DNA of 64,000 nucleotides from Gammaproteobacteria bacterium (GTDB lineage Bacteria; Pseudomonadota; Gammaproteobacteria; JBCCGL01): NCBI GenBank assembly GCA_965277715.1, contig OZ255836.1, positions 512,001 to 576,000 of the forward strand, read 5' to 3'. Shown piece by piece: positions 52,587 to 61,087 of this stretch (position 1 is its first letter; each line of letters starts with the position of its first letter). The notes under the pieces were generated by a model. It saw only the letters and a program-made list of their open reading frames with translations, ran no database searches and was not told where the DNA came from. The position numbers and the translations under genes were made by a program.

Positions 52587-53606
52587 CTATCTATACGCCT
52601 GAATACTGGTCTGATACCCCCCACTACTAAAACTATGAGTGGCACTTTTAACAATCCATTTACCATTGACACCAGAGCGCAGACCACTGACCAGGATAGC
52701 ACCTTCGGCGGTAATATCGGGGTTGCCGAGCAGTGTCATGCTAAGGGTCGTCTCGTCGCGGTTAAGGTCGTCGAATTTGGCCTTGGCGGCGGCTTTTGCC
52801 TCAGCCTCGGTGTTGAACAGGTGCGGTAGCCTGAAAATATTTTTATTCGACGAGGTCGTCAGTGACAGGCCCGCGCTGACGATGGCTTCGCTGTAACGGG
52901 CATTGACCCGGTCGGGGTAATAGGCAATTACCTTGCTGTAGTCTTGCCGATTGGCGAGCTGGGTACGCCACTGTTGCACATTGTGAGGCTGTACTGGAAT
53001 CGGCAGCATGGGCAGGCCGCTGGCCGAGGTGCCCTGGCCTTTTTGCATAAACAGCAGCTTGCCCGCCATGGGTTTACACACCGCATTGTAACGCTCTGCC
53101 AGGCGGGTTAAAAAGGCGAGGTCAGATTCGTTGGATTGATTGATGGCCTCAAGGGTTGTGGTGGCAAATGCCGGGCTGATAGCTGCACTCAAGCCGTGCT
53201 TTTGGGCAATGGTTTTGACTATATTGGCGAGGGTTTTACCCGCCCAGGTGCGGGCGCTTTCGGTCAGCATCAACTCCGGTGTTGCCGAAACAGACAAAGT
53301 ACGCCCGCCGGTGGACCCGCTAAGGTCGGTCTGATTGACAATAAAGATGCCCATGGGCACCTGGTAAAGCGCGTAGCCCATGGACACCTTGATGCTTTTT
53401 CCCGGTTTGGGCAGGCTGATAGCGCCATTGAGTAGGGCAGGGCGGTCATCAAACTCCATCGATAGCTGATCGCTACTATGGCCGTTGTTGAGTGTTACGC
53501 GCAGCGATAACAGACGGTCTTTCAAGGTGACACCCGCCAGCAGGCCACCGATGGTGAGCTGATAGGACGGGGCGCTTGAGTGGTTTAATTGGGGCAATAT
53601 AGACAT
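52587..53606 (-). CDS. P2 gpD-like baseplate hub (late control D)
   Basis: DRLLSL, SDQLS..FDDR, NQSNESDLAFLTRLA and GNPDI.AEG..SG.R..V.G.W....H. Confidence 0.9.
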   Translation of the reverse strand: MSILPQLNHSSAPSYQLTIGGLLAGVTLKDRLLSLRVTLNNGHSSDQLSMEFDDRPALLNGAISLPKPGKSIKVSMGYALYQVPMGIFIVNQTDLSGSTGGRTLSVSATPELMLTESARTWAGKTLANIVKTIAQKHGLSAAISPAFATTTLEAINQSNESDLAFLTRLAERYNAVCKPMAGKLLFMQKGQGTSASGLPMLPIPVQPHNVQQWRTQLANRQDYSKVIAYYPDRVNARYSEAIVSAGLSLTTSSNKNIFRLPHLFNTEAEAKAAAKAKFDDLNRDETTLSMTLLGNPDITAEGAILVSGLRSGVNGKWIVKSATHSFSSGGYQTSIQAYR

Positions 53607-53671
53607 AATAATTGAGTGTTTAAAGGGTTAAACGGCATCACATAAAAAATGTGGGCGGCAGAAAGTAACCC

Positions 53672-53989
53672 TCAATCCCACAATTTAACCGACTCACTTT
53701 CTATCAGTTCCGGGGTGAATTCGGGTAATGCAATGGCAATACCCGGCGGCAGGCTCAGCGGGTAATTTGCCAGGCCGGGGTTTGCGTTCAGTACTGTTTC
53801 AATAACGCCGCGCAGACTTTCATCGGTCTGGTTGTTGAGCATAAAGCCGCTGTCAAATACTGAACTGTCGTTCGACAAGCGCGGATCGGTGGCCATGGCG
53901 GCCGTGCCCAGGCTAACTTCGTGGATGTAGTAGTGCCAACAGATCCAGTCGAGAGTGTCGCCTTGTCGGGTGCGGTAGTGGATGCTCAT
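53672..53989 (-). CDS. P2 gpX-like LysM tail protein with internal insertion
   Basis: YRTRQGDTLDWICWHYY...VLNANPGLA...LP.GI.I.LP...VKLWD. Confidence 0.88.
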   Translation of the reverse strand: MSIHYRTRQGDTLDWICWHYYIHEVSLGTAAMATDPRLSNDSSVFDSGFMLNNQTDESLRGVIETVLNANPGLANYPLSLPPGIAIALPEFTPELIESESVKLWD

Positions 53990-53999
53990 AAGTCGTGTC

Positions 54000-54422
54000 C
54001 TAAAGCAAAAGGTCTTCGTTATAACGTTTAAGGCTGAGGCTGAAGTCGATTTTGCGGGGGCTGCCATCGGCAAACAGGGCGCTATTGGTTTCTTGCACGC
54101 TCTCAATCAGCCAGCGGCCAAAAATAAATCCAGAGGGGTTCATCAGCGGCAGGGCCACGCCAAGACCGGCGGTCAGGCGTATGGCGGAGAGTGTCAGGGG
54201 GCTGCCTTTATACTGGGGGTACAGGGTGCCGTTAAGGTTGATGCTCTCCTCCCCCGGCCCGATAAACTGATAAGCCGGGCCGCCAATACCGGCGTGTTTT
54301 AACAGTGGGTGCCCCAGGCGGTTTTGTGCGGCCCACTGGTATTGGGTGTTGCGTTGCAGTTGTTCGTAGGCGGCGGTGTTGAGGGAAAAAAACACAGGAC
54401 CTAATATCATCATCACAGACAT
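54000..54422 (-). CDS. P2 gpU-like tail protein
   Basis: MMILG..FSL..AAYEQLQR..Y.W, QFIGPG, DGSPRKIDFSLSL. Confidence 0.9.
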   Translation of the reverse strand: MSVMMILGPVFFSLNTAAYEQLQRNTQYQWAAQNRLGHPLLKHAGIGGPAYQFIGPGEESINLNGTLYPQYKGSPLTLSAIRLTAGLGVALPLMNPSGFIFGRWLIESVQETNSALFADGSPRKIDFSLSLKRYNEDLLL

Positions 54423-54444
54423 GGCGTTGCTCGTTAAAAGTTAC

Positions 54445-56391
54445 TCAGAATTTCCCGTAAAACGAGGGTGGTTTTATACGCAGGGGGTTGCCCTGTTGCT
54501 GTTGGCTTAGCATGGTTTTTAATTCTTGTATGCCTTGTTGCAGGCCGTGTATTTGCCGTTGCTGGCTTTGGCTGTCACGCTGTTGGTTTTCCTTTTCCCG
54601 CTGATGGCCTTCTATTGTTTGTTGATGGCGCTGATTGAATTCAACCAGTTGTCGGTTTATTTGCTGCAAGATAGATATATCGGCCCGACCGTTACGATCC
54701 ACCGGATCGTCATACTGGCCTTTGACAGTATCCACAAGGGTACGGCGAAGTGGCGATGCAAACCCCTGGATACCGGCATACGCCGGTATGGCGGATTTAA
54801 TTGTATTGACACGCCGACGGTTGCCATCATCCACAAGAGTACGGCGAAGTGGCGATGCAAACCCCTGGATACCGGCATACGCCGGTATGGCGGATTTAAT
54901 TGTATCGACATGCCGACGGTTGCCATCATCCACAAGAGTACGGCGAAGTGGCGGTGCAACCCCCTGGATACCGGCATACGCTGGTATGGCGGATTTAATT
55001 GTATTGACATGCCGACGGTTGCCATCATCCACAAGAGTACGGCGAAGTGGCGATACAACCCCCTGGATACCGGCATACGCCGGTATGGCGGATTTAATTG
55101 TATCGACATGCCGACGGTTGCCATCATCCACAAGAGTATGGCGAAGTGGCGATGCAAACCCCTGGATACCGGCATACGCCGGTATGGCGGATTTAATTGT
55201 ATCGACACGCCGACGGTTGCCATCATCCACAAGAGTACGGCGAAGTGGCGATGCAAACCCCTGGATACCGGCATACGCCGGTATGGCGGATTTAATTGTA
55301 TCGACACGCCGACGATTGCCATCATCCACAAGAGTACGGCGAAGTGGCGATACAACCCCCTGGATACCGGCATACGCCGGTATGGCGGATTTAATTGTAT
55401 CGACATGCCGACGGTTGCCATCACCCACAAGAGTACGGCGAAGTGGCGGTGCAAACCCCTGGATACCGGCATACGCCGGTATGGCGGATTTAATTGTATC
55501 GACATGCCGACGGTTGCCATCATCCACAAGGGTACGGCGAAGTGGCGATACAAACCCCTGGATACCGGCATACGCCGGTATGGCGGATTTAATTGTATCG
55601 ACATGCCGACGGTTGCCATCATCCACAAGAGTACGGCGAAGTGGCGGTGCAAACCCCTGGATACCGGTGTGTGCCGGTATGATGGATTTAGTCGTGCCGT
55701 TATGCTGGTGGCTGCCAGTGTCCAGTGGGGTCATGCAAAGTAGCGATGCAAGCCTTGCCGATATTGGCTCATTTGCCTTATTGCCGGGGACGGTACCCGC
55801 AGGAGAGTCCCCTTTATCTGTTGAATTAAAAAACTGGATACTGGCATGTGCCGGTATAACGGGCTTGATCGAACCGCCATGCTGGCGGTGGCCAGTATCC
55901 AGAAAGGCACTGCAAAGTGACTGTGTAAGCCTCTGGGCTTGGGTATACACCGCAATAATGTGGTAGCGGCTTTGCAGGCACGCATAGAAAGCCTGCTTTA
56001 TTACCTGTGACAGAGACTGTTGGTATTCAAACCGTGTCGGGTAGTGATTGTGTTCGTCAATCCGGGGTAACGATGGCCTGCGTTCCAGGTTGACCGCCGG
56101 TGTATTTTGAGGTGCTGCATCCACCGCACCCGTCTGCCATAGCCCGGCAAGGGCGTAATCGAAAAATACTGCCGTTAATCCTAAAGCCGGTAATGTAACA
56201 GTCCTCATCAAACGGGGATAAGGGCGGCCGTATAACCTCGCCGGTGCGATAACGGTTTGCCAGAGGCGTACCGTGGTTTGCCGCTTGCGTTCAGTTGTTT
56301 CAAGCGGTGGCGTTTTATTGGTTCCAGAGGTTTGCGCCAGAGTGTTACCTCTGGCGTTTTTTCTGGTTTTTCTGGTTTTTTTGCGTTTCAT
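54445..56391 (-). CDS. Repeat-rich protein occupying the tape-measure slot
   Basis: Lies between gpE/E' and gpU; nine near-perfect 33-aa repeats plus two degenerate ones and a Gln-rich C-terminal coiled coil; no canonical TMP motif recognised. Confidence 0.55.
   Translation of the reverse strand: MKRKKTRKTRKNARGNTLAQTSGTNKTPPLETTERKRQTTVRLWQTVIAPARLYGRPYPRLMRTVTLPALGLTAVFFDYALAGLWQTGAVDAAPQNTPAVNLERRPSLPRIDEHNHYPTRFEYQQSLSQVIKQAFYACLQSRYHIIAVYTQAQRLTQSLCSAFLDTGHRQHGGSIKPVIPAHASIQFFNSTDKGDSPAGTVPGNKANEPISARLASLLCMTPLDTGSHQHNGTTKSIIPAHTGIQGFAPPLRRTLVDDGNRRHVDTIKSAIPAYAGIQGFVSPLRRTLVDDGNRRHVDTIKSAIPAYAGIQGFAPPLRRTLVGDGNRRHVDTIKSAIPAYAGIQGVVSPLRRTLVDDGNRRRVDTIKSAIPAYAGIQGFASPLRRTLVDDGNRRRVDTIKSAIPAYAGIQGFASPLRHTLVDDGNRRHVDTIKSAIPAYAGIQGVVSPLRRTLVDDGNRRHVNTIKSAIPAYAGIQGVAPPLRRTLVDDGNRRHVDTIKSAIPAYAGIQGFASPLRRTLVDDGNRRRVNTIKSAIPAYAGIQGFASPLRRTLVDTVKGQYDDPVDRNGRADISILQQINRQLVEFNQRHQQTIEGHQREKENQQRDSQSQQRQIHGLQQGIQELKTMLSQQQQGNPLRIKPPSFYGKF
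54730..55901. repeat. 99-bp tandem array of REP-like palindrome doublets (BIME-like)
   Basis: ATCCACAAG (one ACC variant) recurs every 99 bp from 54730 to 55621; each unit carries CTGGATACCGGCATACGCCGGTATGGC; a degenerate doublet at 55834..55901. Confidence 0.92.
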
Positions 56392-56417
56392 AGAAATTCC
56401 TGAAGGCACGCTGCTTC

Positions 56418-56444
56418 AACCTAAAATCCTCAGTTGAATCTACT
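56418..56444. repeat. 27-bp end of the 179-bp MITE
   Basis: AACCTAAAATCCTCAGTTGAATCTACT matches the MITE terminus. Confidence 0.75.
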
Positions 56445-56451
56445 TCCAGGT

Positions 56452-56604
56452 TCAACTCTGTTCCATCTGCGCAGCCACCCGTTGACCGGCATCCAGCCAC
56501 GCCAGCAGTTCGCCTTCCTCCAGCGCCAGCAGTTCGTTCAAACCCCAGCCGGTGCGTTGCGCCAGCACGTATACCGCTTCACGCAGGCGGCCCGGCGTCA
56601 GGAT
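56452..56604 (-). CDS. gpE'-like extension reached by -1 frameshift (not in ORF track)
   Basis: After GGT TTT TTA the -1 frame reads ILTPGRLREAVYVLAQRTGWGLNELLALEEGELLAWLDAGQRVAAQMEQS*. Confidence 0.8.
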   Translation of the reverse strand: MLTPGRLREAVYVLAQRTGWGLNELLALEEGELLAWLDAGQRVAAQMEQS

Positions 56605-56837
56605 AAAAAACCGGCCAGGCACTCCTGTAGTTTCACGTAATCGGCCATATCCAGTTGTTCAATCTGGTCGGGTGCCATTTCTGCCAGGTTGGCCAGCAGG
56701 TATATTTCTTTCTCGACTTCGTTACCGCTGGCTTTCTCCGCCGCCAGCCGGTCGCGCACCAGAGGGCGGCGCAGGGTGATGGAGGTGACTTCGGCACCGT
56801 CGAGGGTGGTTGGGTATTTTAGGGGGATGGTTTGCAT
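56598..56837 (-). CDS. Tail assembly chaperone (P2 gpE/Mu gp41-like)
   Basis: I.LKYP, LRRP.VRD, LLANL and LDMADY.KLQ..L.GFL. Confidence 0.9.
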   Translation of the reverse strand: MQTIPLKYPTTLDGAEVTSITLRRPLVRDRLAAEKASGNEVEKEIYLLANLAEMAPDQIEQLDMADYVKLQECLAGFLS

Positions 56838-56861
56838 CGGGGTGTCTCCAGGTTAGGGGGA

Positions 56862-56901
56862 ATTGTTAAATTGTTAAATTGTTATATGGTTGATTTATTA
56901 G
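56862..56901. repeat. Octamer array (ATTGTTAA), left of the zeta-like TA cassette
   Basis: ATTGTTAA ATTGTTAA ATTGTTAT ATGGTTGA TTTATTAG. Confidence 0.7.
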
Positions 56902-57112
56902 TGATATTGGGTGTCAATAGATACGCCCTATAAAGCGTGATACGGGCACACATCCCTTCTTTGTAAACTCCCATCGGGGTTAGGCCCGCTGGCATCAGCA
57001 GTGGGAAGCTAAATGGCTCTCTCGTGCCCCAATCCGGCGGGATATCAGGGAGGCATTCCCCACCAAAATGAGTCGTTGTTATTACCGCCCCTGTTAGTCG
57101 GGGCTTTTGCAA

Positions 57113-57141
57113 TTGACAAAATAGTAGCATAGAGCTACTCT
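57113..57141 (+). promoter_or_regulatory. Sigma70 promoter with overlapping palindrome for the TA cassette
   Basis: TTGACA-17 bp-TACTCT; AGTAGC-ATAGA-GCTACT inverted repeat at 57123..57139. Confidence 0.6.
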
Positions 57142-57173
57142 TTTATTTTCTAGGTATTTTCGAGATAGATATC

Positions 57174-57638
57174 ATGGTAGCGTCAACTAAATCCACCCTC
57201 ATTCCGTCAGTATCTAAAGCGCGTAAAGCGAAACAATCATCACCGATTCGTTTATCTGAACCCTTCTATAGACGAATTAGCGCCTCCGCTGTATTGAATG
57301 ATCGCTCTATCCCAAAGCATCTGGAATATCTGATTAATATTGCCGAAAGCGTAAAGAACGTATTGAGCCGAGAGGAGCTACTTAACGTGCAAGCGGGTCT
57401 CAATAAAATTGTCGTTGAAAAAATTGAGTCGCCACGAGTCAACAAAACGACATTGTTTGATTCATTGGAGGATATGCGTCACTCAGGCGCATTAAGCCAA
57501 TCGATCACTACCGCCGAAACAAAATACCAGGCAAGCCCCAACCACCCGGGTTACCTGGAACGGTTAAACCCTGACGGCAGCAGAGACGTTGGTCTGTTTA
57601 AAGGGGGCAAATTTAAGCCTGCTAAGGGTATTGAGTGA
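57174..57638 (+). CDS. ParD-like (RHH) antitoxin
   Basis: PIRLS......A....RSIPK.LEY pattern; overlaps the downstream P-loop gene (GTGA). Confidence 0.7.
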   Translation: MVASTKSTLIPSVSKARKAKQSSPIRLSEPFYRRISASAVLNDRSIPKHLEYLINIAESVKNVLSREELLNVQAGLNKIVVEKIESPRVNKTTLFDSLEDMRHSGALSQSITTAETKYQASPNHPGYLERLNPDGSRDVGLFKGGKFKPAKGIE

Positions 57639-58213
57639 ATAAGCCTGAGCTATGGGCAATCGTTGGTGGTAACGGTGCGGGCAAATCGACGTTTTACAAG
57701 CAATTCCTGGCGCCTCAACACATTCCTTTCATTAATGCTGACGTTATTGCAAAAGAGATTGCGCCTGAAAATCCCGAAGCAGCGAGTTATGCTGCCGCTA
57801 ATATCGCTGCACAACAATGTGAACAGGCACTTCGTGATCATCAGAACTTTTGTTTCGAAACCGTTTTTTCCCATGAATCCAAAATAGATTTATTAGCTAA
57901 AGCCAGAGCGGCTGGCTACGAAATCAATCTTGTGGTTATCTACTTATCCAGCACTGAAATCAATAAGGCACGGGTTAAACAACGCGTAGCAACGGGTGGT
58001 CACGATGTCCCGGAGGACAAAATTGAAAGCCGCATCCCAAGAACTCACCATAATATAGCCGTCGCTGTTGACTTAAGCGATTCCATTTATATTATGGATA
58101 ACAGTTCCTGCGACAACCCTTTCAGACGCGTTGCAACGGAGGAAGACGGCCTGGTTACCCTTCACGTTCAAAACCCACCCGACTGGGTGACGAATTTATT
58201 TAACAATCTATAA
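57635..58213 (+). CDS. Zeta-toxin-like P-loop kinase/ATPase
   Basis: GGNGAGKST, INAD.IA, FETVFSH, RV.QRV..GGHDVPE.KI.SR and DNS. Confidence 0.85.
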   Translation: MNKPELWAIVGGNGAGKSTFYKQFLAPQHIPFINADVIAKEIAPENPEAASYAAANIAAQQCEQALRDHQNFCFETVFSHESKIDLLAKARAAGYEINLVVIYLSSTEINKARVKQRVATGGHDVPEDKIESRIPRTHHNIAVAVDLSDSIYIMDNSSCDNPFRRVATEEDGLVTLHVQNPPDWVTNLFNNL

Positions 58214-58271
58214 ACAATAACAAAGTGCCTGATGGGTCAAGTATTGTTTAACAATTCAACAATTTCAGTAA
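58200..58271. repeat. Inverted octamer array (TTAACAAT), right of the zeta-like TA cassette
   Basis: TTAACAAT (58200), TTAACAAT TCAACAAT (58248..58263). Confidence 0.6.
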
Positions 58272-58275
58272 ATCT

Positions 58276-58896
58276 TCAAACACCGTTTATCTTACGCATC
58301 TGATTATCCACATCCACCTCCACCCGTTCTTGTGTGTCTATCTCAAGGCGGTAATAACACAGTGCCAGGCGTATGTTTAAGGCGGTGCTTTCACCGGCTT
58401 TCCACTGGCCGAAGTCCAGCTCGGTAACGCCGCCTGCCAATTGAACGACCACCGGGATGACTATGTTGGTCTGCTCGTCGCTCAGGCCGCCGCGCAAGGT
58501 GAAACGCCAGGGTGCCTTGTCGGCACTGCTTCCGGATTGGTACATTTTCTTTGACCCGAAAGCGCCTGTCGCTAGTCCGGTTATGGCCGCGCCAGTAAGG
58601 TCGGCGCCAGGCCCACTGTTTGAGCCGGAGGTCGCCTCGGCCTTTAGGGTAGGCAGTCGTTCGGGGCGGCGGGCAATGCCGAGCATACTGATCATCTGCG
58701 GGTCGTATTCGCGCAGGCGCAGGCCACATTCGAGCCTTTCCATGCCCATGTCCATTTGCACGGGGGTATCCAGGCCACCCAGTTGAAAGTCTTCCGTTTT
58801 AATGGTGAGTTTCGGCAGGGCCACTTCCTCTACCCGTCCGGCATAGCCGTGACCATTGACAAAGAGGTTAAAGTTTTTGAGTACTTTGGGCAGCAT
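58276..58896 (-). CDS. Second tail tube protein (P2 FII-like) with ~50-aa insertion
   Basis: LPKVLKNFNLFV.G.GYAG, LPKL, DMGME.LEC and G.WKAG; paralog of 58990..59493. Confidence 0.88.
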   Translation of the reverse strand: MLPKVLKNFNLFVNGHGYAGRVEEVALPKLTIKTEDFQLGGLDTPVQMDMGMERLECGLRLREYDPQMISMLGIARRPERLPTLKAEATSGSNSGPGADLTGAAITGLATGAFGSKKMYQSGSSADKAPWRFTLRGGLSDEQTNIVIPVVVQLAGGVTELDFGQWKAGESTALNIRLALCYYRLEIDTQERVEVDVDNQMRKINGV

Positions 58897-58940
58897 AGGG
58901 AGGGCCGTTCATGGTTAACTATTAAAAAACAATTGAGAAA

Positions 58941-58973
58941 AATCAGGCGGCTAACTGCAAACACCGCCTGATT
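58941..58973 (-). terminator. Intrinsic terminator between tube 1 and tube 2
   Basis: AATCAGGCGG...CCGCCTGATT, followed by a T-run on the minus strand. Confidence 0.65.
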
Positions 58974-58989
58974 AACTCACGCTTACATT

Positions 58990-59493
58990 TTAAACGCCAA
59001 TGGCATCGCGCATGGAGGCCAGTTGATCGACACCGTCGATCTTGCGCACCATATTGGGCACATCCACTTCCACTAGCTCCTCGCTACCGATGGTGAGCTT
59101 GTAGTAACGCAGGGTAACGCTGACTTTTAAGGAAGCCTTGTCGCCCGCTTTCCAACTGCCCATATCGATATCCTTCCAAATGCCTTTAAGCTTGACTTCC
59201 ACCGGCGTGACGGTTGTGCTTTCATCGTCCAGTCCACCCTTCAGGGTCAGCGGTACTTCGGCACCGCTGCGCAGGCCAAACTTTTTAATCACCTCCGGCT
59301 TGTACTCGCACAGACTGAAGTCACATTCCAGTTTATCCATGCCCATTTCCAGGTCGATGGGTGCATCCATACCGCCGGTGTACAGGTCGTCCATTTTCAC
59401 ACTGAGTTTGGGCAGGGTCAGGTCTTCCACCACCCCGGCGTAGCCTATGCCATCGACAAATAAATTAAAGTTCTTTAAGACTCTGGGTATCAT
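58990..59493 (-). CDS. Major tail tube protein (P2 FII-like)
   Basis: IPRVLKNFNLFVDG, GGMDAP, GSWKAGD, YYKL and IDGVDQLA. Confidence 0.93.
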   Translation of the reverse strand: MIPRVLKNFNLFVDGIGYAGVVEDLTLPKLSVKMDDLYTGGMDAPIDLEMGMDKLECDFSLCEYKPEVIKKFGLRSGAEVPLTLKGGLDDESTTVTPVEVKLKGIWKDIDMGSWKAGDKASLKVSVTLRYYKLTIGSEELVEVDVPNMVRKIDGVDQLASMRDAIGV

Positions 59494-60872
59494 GCGAATA
59501 TCTCCTCTAGATAATCATTCACTAAACTGCTGCGAAAGGTAATGTGTTCCGCCGGGTACGGCGGGGTGAAATCGAAGTCGAAATACACCTTGCCCTGGGC
59601 AATTTGATCCGGTGTGTTCAGGTCCGGGTCGGCCCAGCAGTTGCCATCGATAATGGCACCGATGTTTTTCAGTGAACGCAGGTAGGCATTGACCCCCTCG
59701 GTCACATCGTCGATATAGGTTTTGGTGATGTTGCGATCCACTGCCCACAGGTGGGCGCGCAGCAGGGAGTCGTTAATCAGGTCCGCCGTGCGGCGCACGC
59801 TGATAAAGGCCCATTTTGCGTCTGACGAACAGGAGCGGTTACCCCACAGCCGGTAGCCGTTCTGGTGAATGACGGTGGCCACCTCGTTCTCATTCAACAG
59901 GTTGGCGCGGGCCAGTTTGTCGTCCAGGGCAAAGTCGATGGGCCGCGAGGTGCCGCTGATGCCGAGCATGGGCCGGTTGGAAGGGCTCCACCAGAAACCG
60001 CGCTCGTTGTCGGACTTGGCGATAATACCCGCCACCCGCGCCGAGGCCGGTTGATCCACATCGACCTTGTTGGCACTGTCGAAGACCTTGACTTTGGGAT
60101 CCACCAGATACAGGCGGGCACTGTCGAACTGGTCCCGATAGCTGATAGCACTGGCATCGGTATCGCCGGGGCCGTCGGCAATTACAATGGCACGCAGACG
60201 ATCCGCCACGCTGATCAGGGCATCGGTGACAGCCTTGGTGTCGGTAAAGCCCGGCGCAATCAACAGACGTGGGGTCACATGGACAATGCTCTCTGCCCCC
60301 AACAGCGCCGGAATGCCTCCATCGGGGTTGGCGGTGCTGATCACATCGGTACTGGTGGCAGCTGTGCTTGAGGCTTTGTCGTAAACCACGGATAAGGTGG
60401 CTGTGTCACTGTCGATAGCGCCGCCCTCGATACGCGTCAGTTTATCCTTGCCGGTCGGGCCGGTGGTACTGCTGGTGATCAGGTAGTCCTTGCCCTGTAC
60501 ATAGGTCGTGGCCGGGGTGCTACCATCAGTGACCACGACGTTGGAAACGTAGCCATGGGACAGGTCTATCGCGCCGTCGACCAGGGTATAGCTGGCCGCT
60601 GTCACTGTTTCTTTAAGTTGCACATTAATCACCACCACCGCAGCGCCCGCCTGGTCAAAAATCGCGTTCAGGGCATCGGGAATGGTACTGCTGCCGTCGG
60701 GGATGCCGAATTGGGTGATGGCCTCCTTGCGGGAGCCGGACACCAGGGTAGGCACGTTAGTGGGGCCTTTGGCGGCAGTGCCGACCAGGCCGATAACGGA
60801 CGAGGCCACACTGCTGATAGGGCGCGGCCCGCCGTCGAGTTCAATAATCTCTACGCCGTGTAAAAAAGCCAT
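59490..60872 (-). CDS. Contractile tail sheath protein (P2 FI-like)
   Basis: FLHGVE, VIGLVGTA, PRLLIAPGF, GFWWSPSN, GYRLWGNR, VRRTAD and PPYPAEHITF. Confidence 0.95.
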   Translation of the reverse strand: MAFLHGVEIIELDGGPRPISSVASSVIGLVGTAAKGPTNVPTLVSGSRKEAITQFGIPDGSSTIPDALNAIFDQAGAAVVVINVQLKETVTAASYTLVDGAIDLSHGYVSNVVVTDGSTPATTYVQGKDYLITSSTTGPTGKDKLTRIEGGAIDSDTATLSVVYDKASSTAATSTDVISTANPDGGIPALLGAESIVHVTPRLLIAPGFTDTKAVTDALISVADRLRAIVIADGPGDTDASAISYRDQFDSARLYLVDPKVKVFDSANKVDVDQPASARVAGIIAKSDNERGFWWSPSNRPMLGISGTSRPIDFALDDKLARANLLNENEVATVIHQNGYRLWGNRSCSSDAKWAFISVRRTADLINDSLLRAHLWAVDRNITKTYIDDVTEGVNAYLRSLKNIGAIIDGNCWADPDLNTPDQIAQGKVYFDFDFTPPYPAEHITFRSSLVNDYLEEIFA

Positions 60873-61049
60873 AGGGTTTTCTCCTGATTGGTTTGGTTGG
60901 TTTGGTTAGCCGGTTTGGTGCATCACCAACATGGCAAGCACCGGAACTGACAATGAAATACGCCCAGGAGCAACCTGGGGTCACCCCCTGATTGATTGGT
61001 GGTAGTGTGGAATCTGGACGATAAGTAGCCCTGCCGGGAAAGCAGGCGT

Positions 61050-61087
61050 CACCGCCCTATATTCCTTGTGCAGAATATAGGGCGGTG
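61050..61087. other. Perfect 15-bp stem-loop in the fibre-sheath intergenic region
   Basis: CACCGCCCTATATTC-CTTGTGCA-GAATATAGGGCGGTG. Confidence 0.7.

Noticed and set aside
54730-55719. 99-bp periodic palindromic array as a CRISPR array
   Set aside because: Sequence between the palindromes is also repeated, so there are no unique spacers, and no cas genes are present.
54526-55966. Three other long ORFs across the 99-bp array (54526+, 54635+, 54657-)
   Set aside because: By-products of a stop-free unit whose length is a multiple of 3; only the 54445..56391 frame extends well beyond the array on both sides and matches operon orientation.
44584-60872. Type VI secretion system (ATPase as ClpV)
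   Set aside because: The sheath is a single FI-type protein, the tubes are FII-type, the ATPase lacks Clp motifs and there is no TssJLM.
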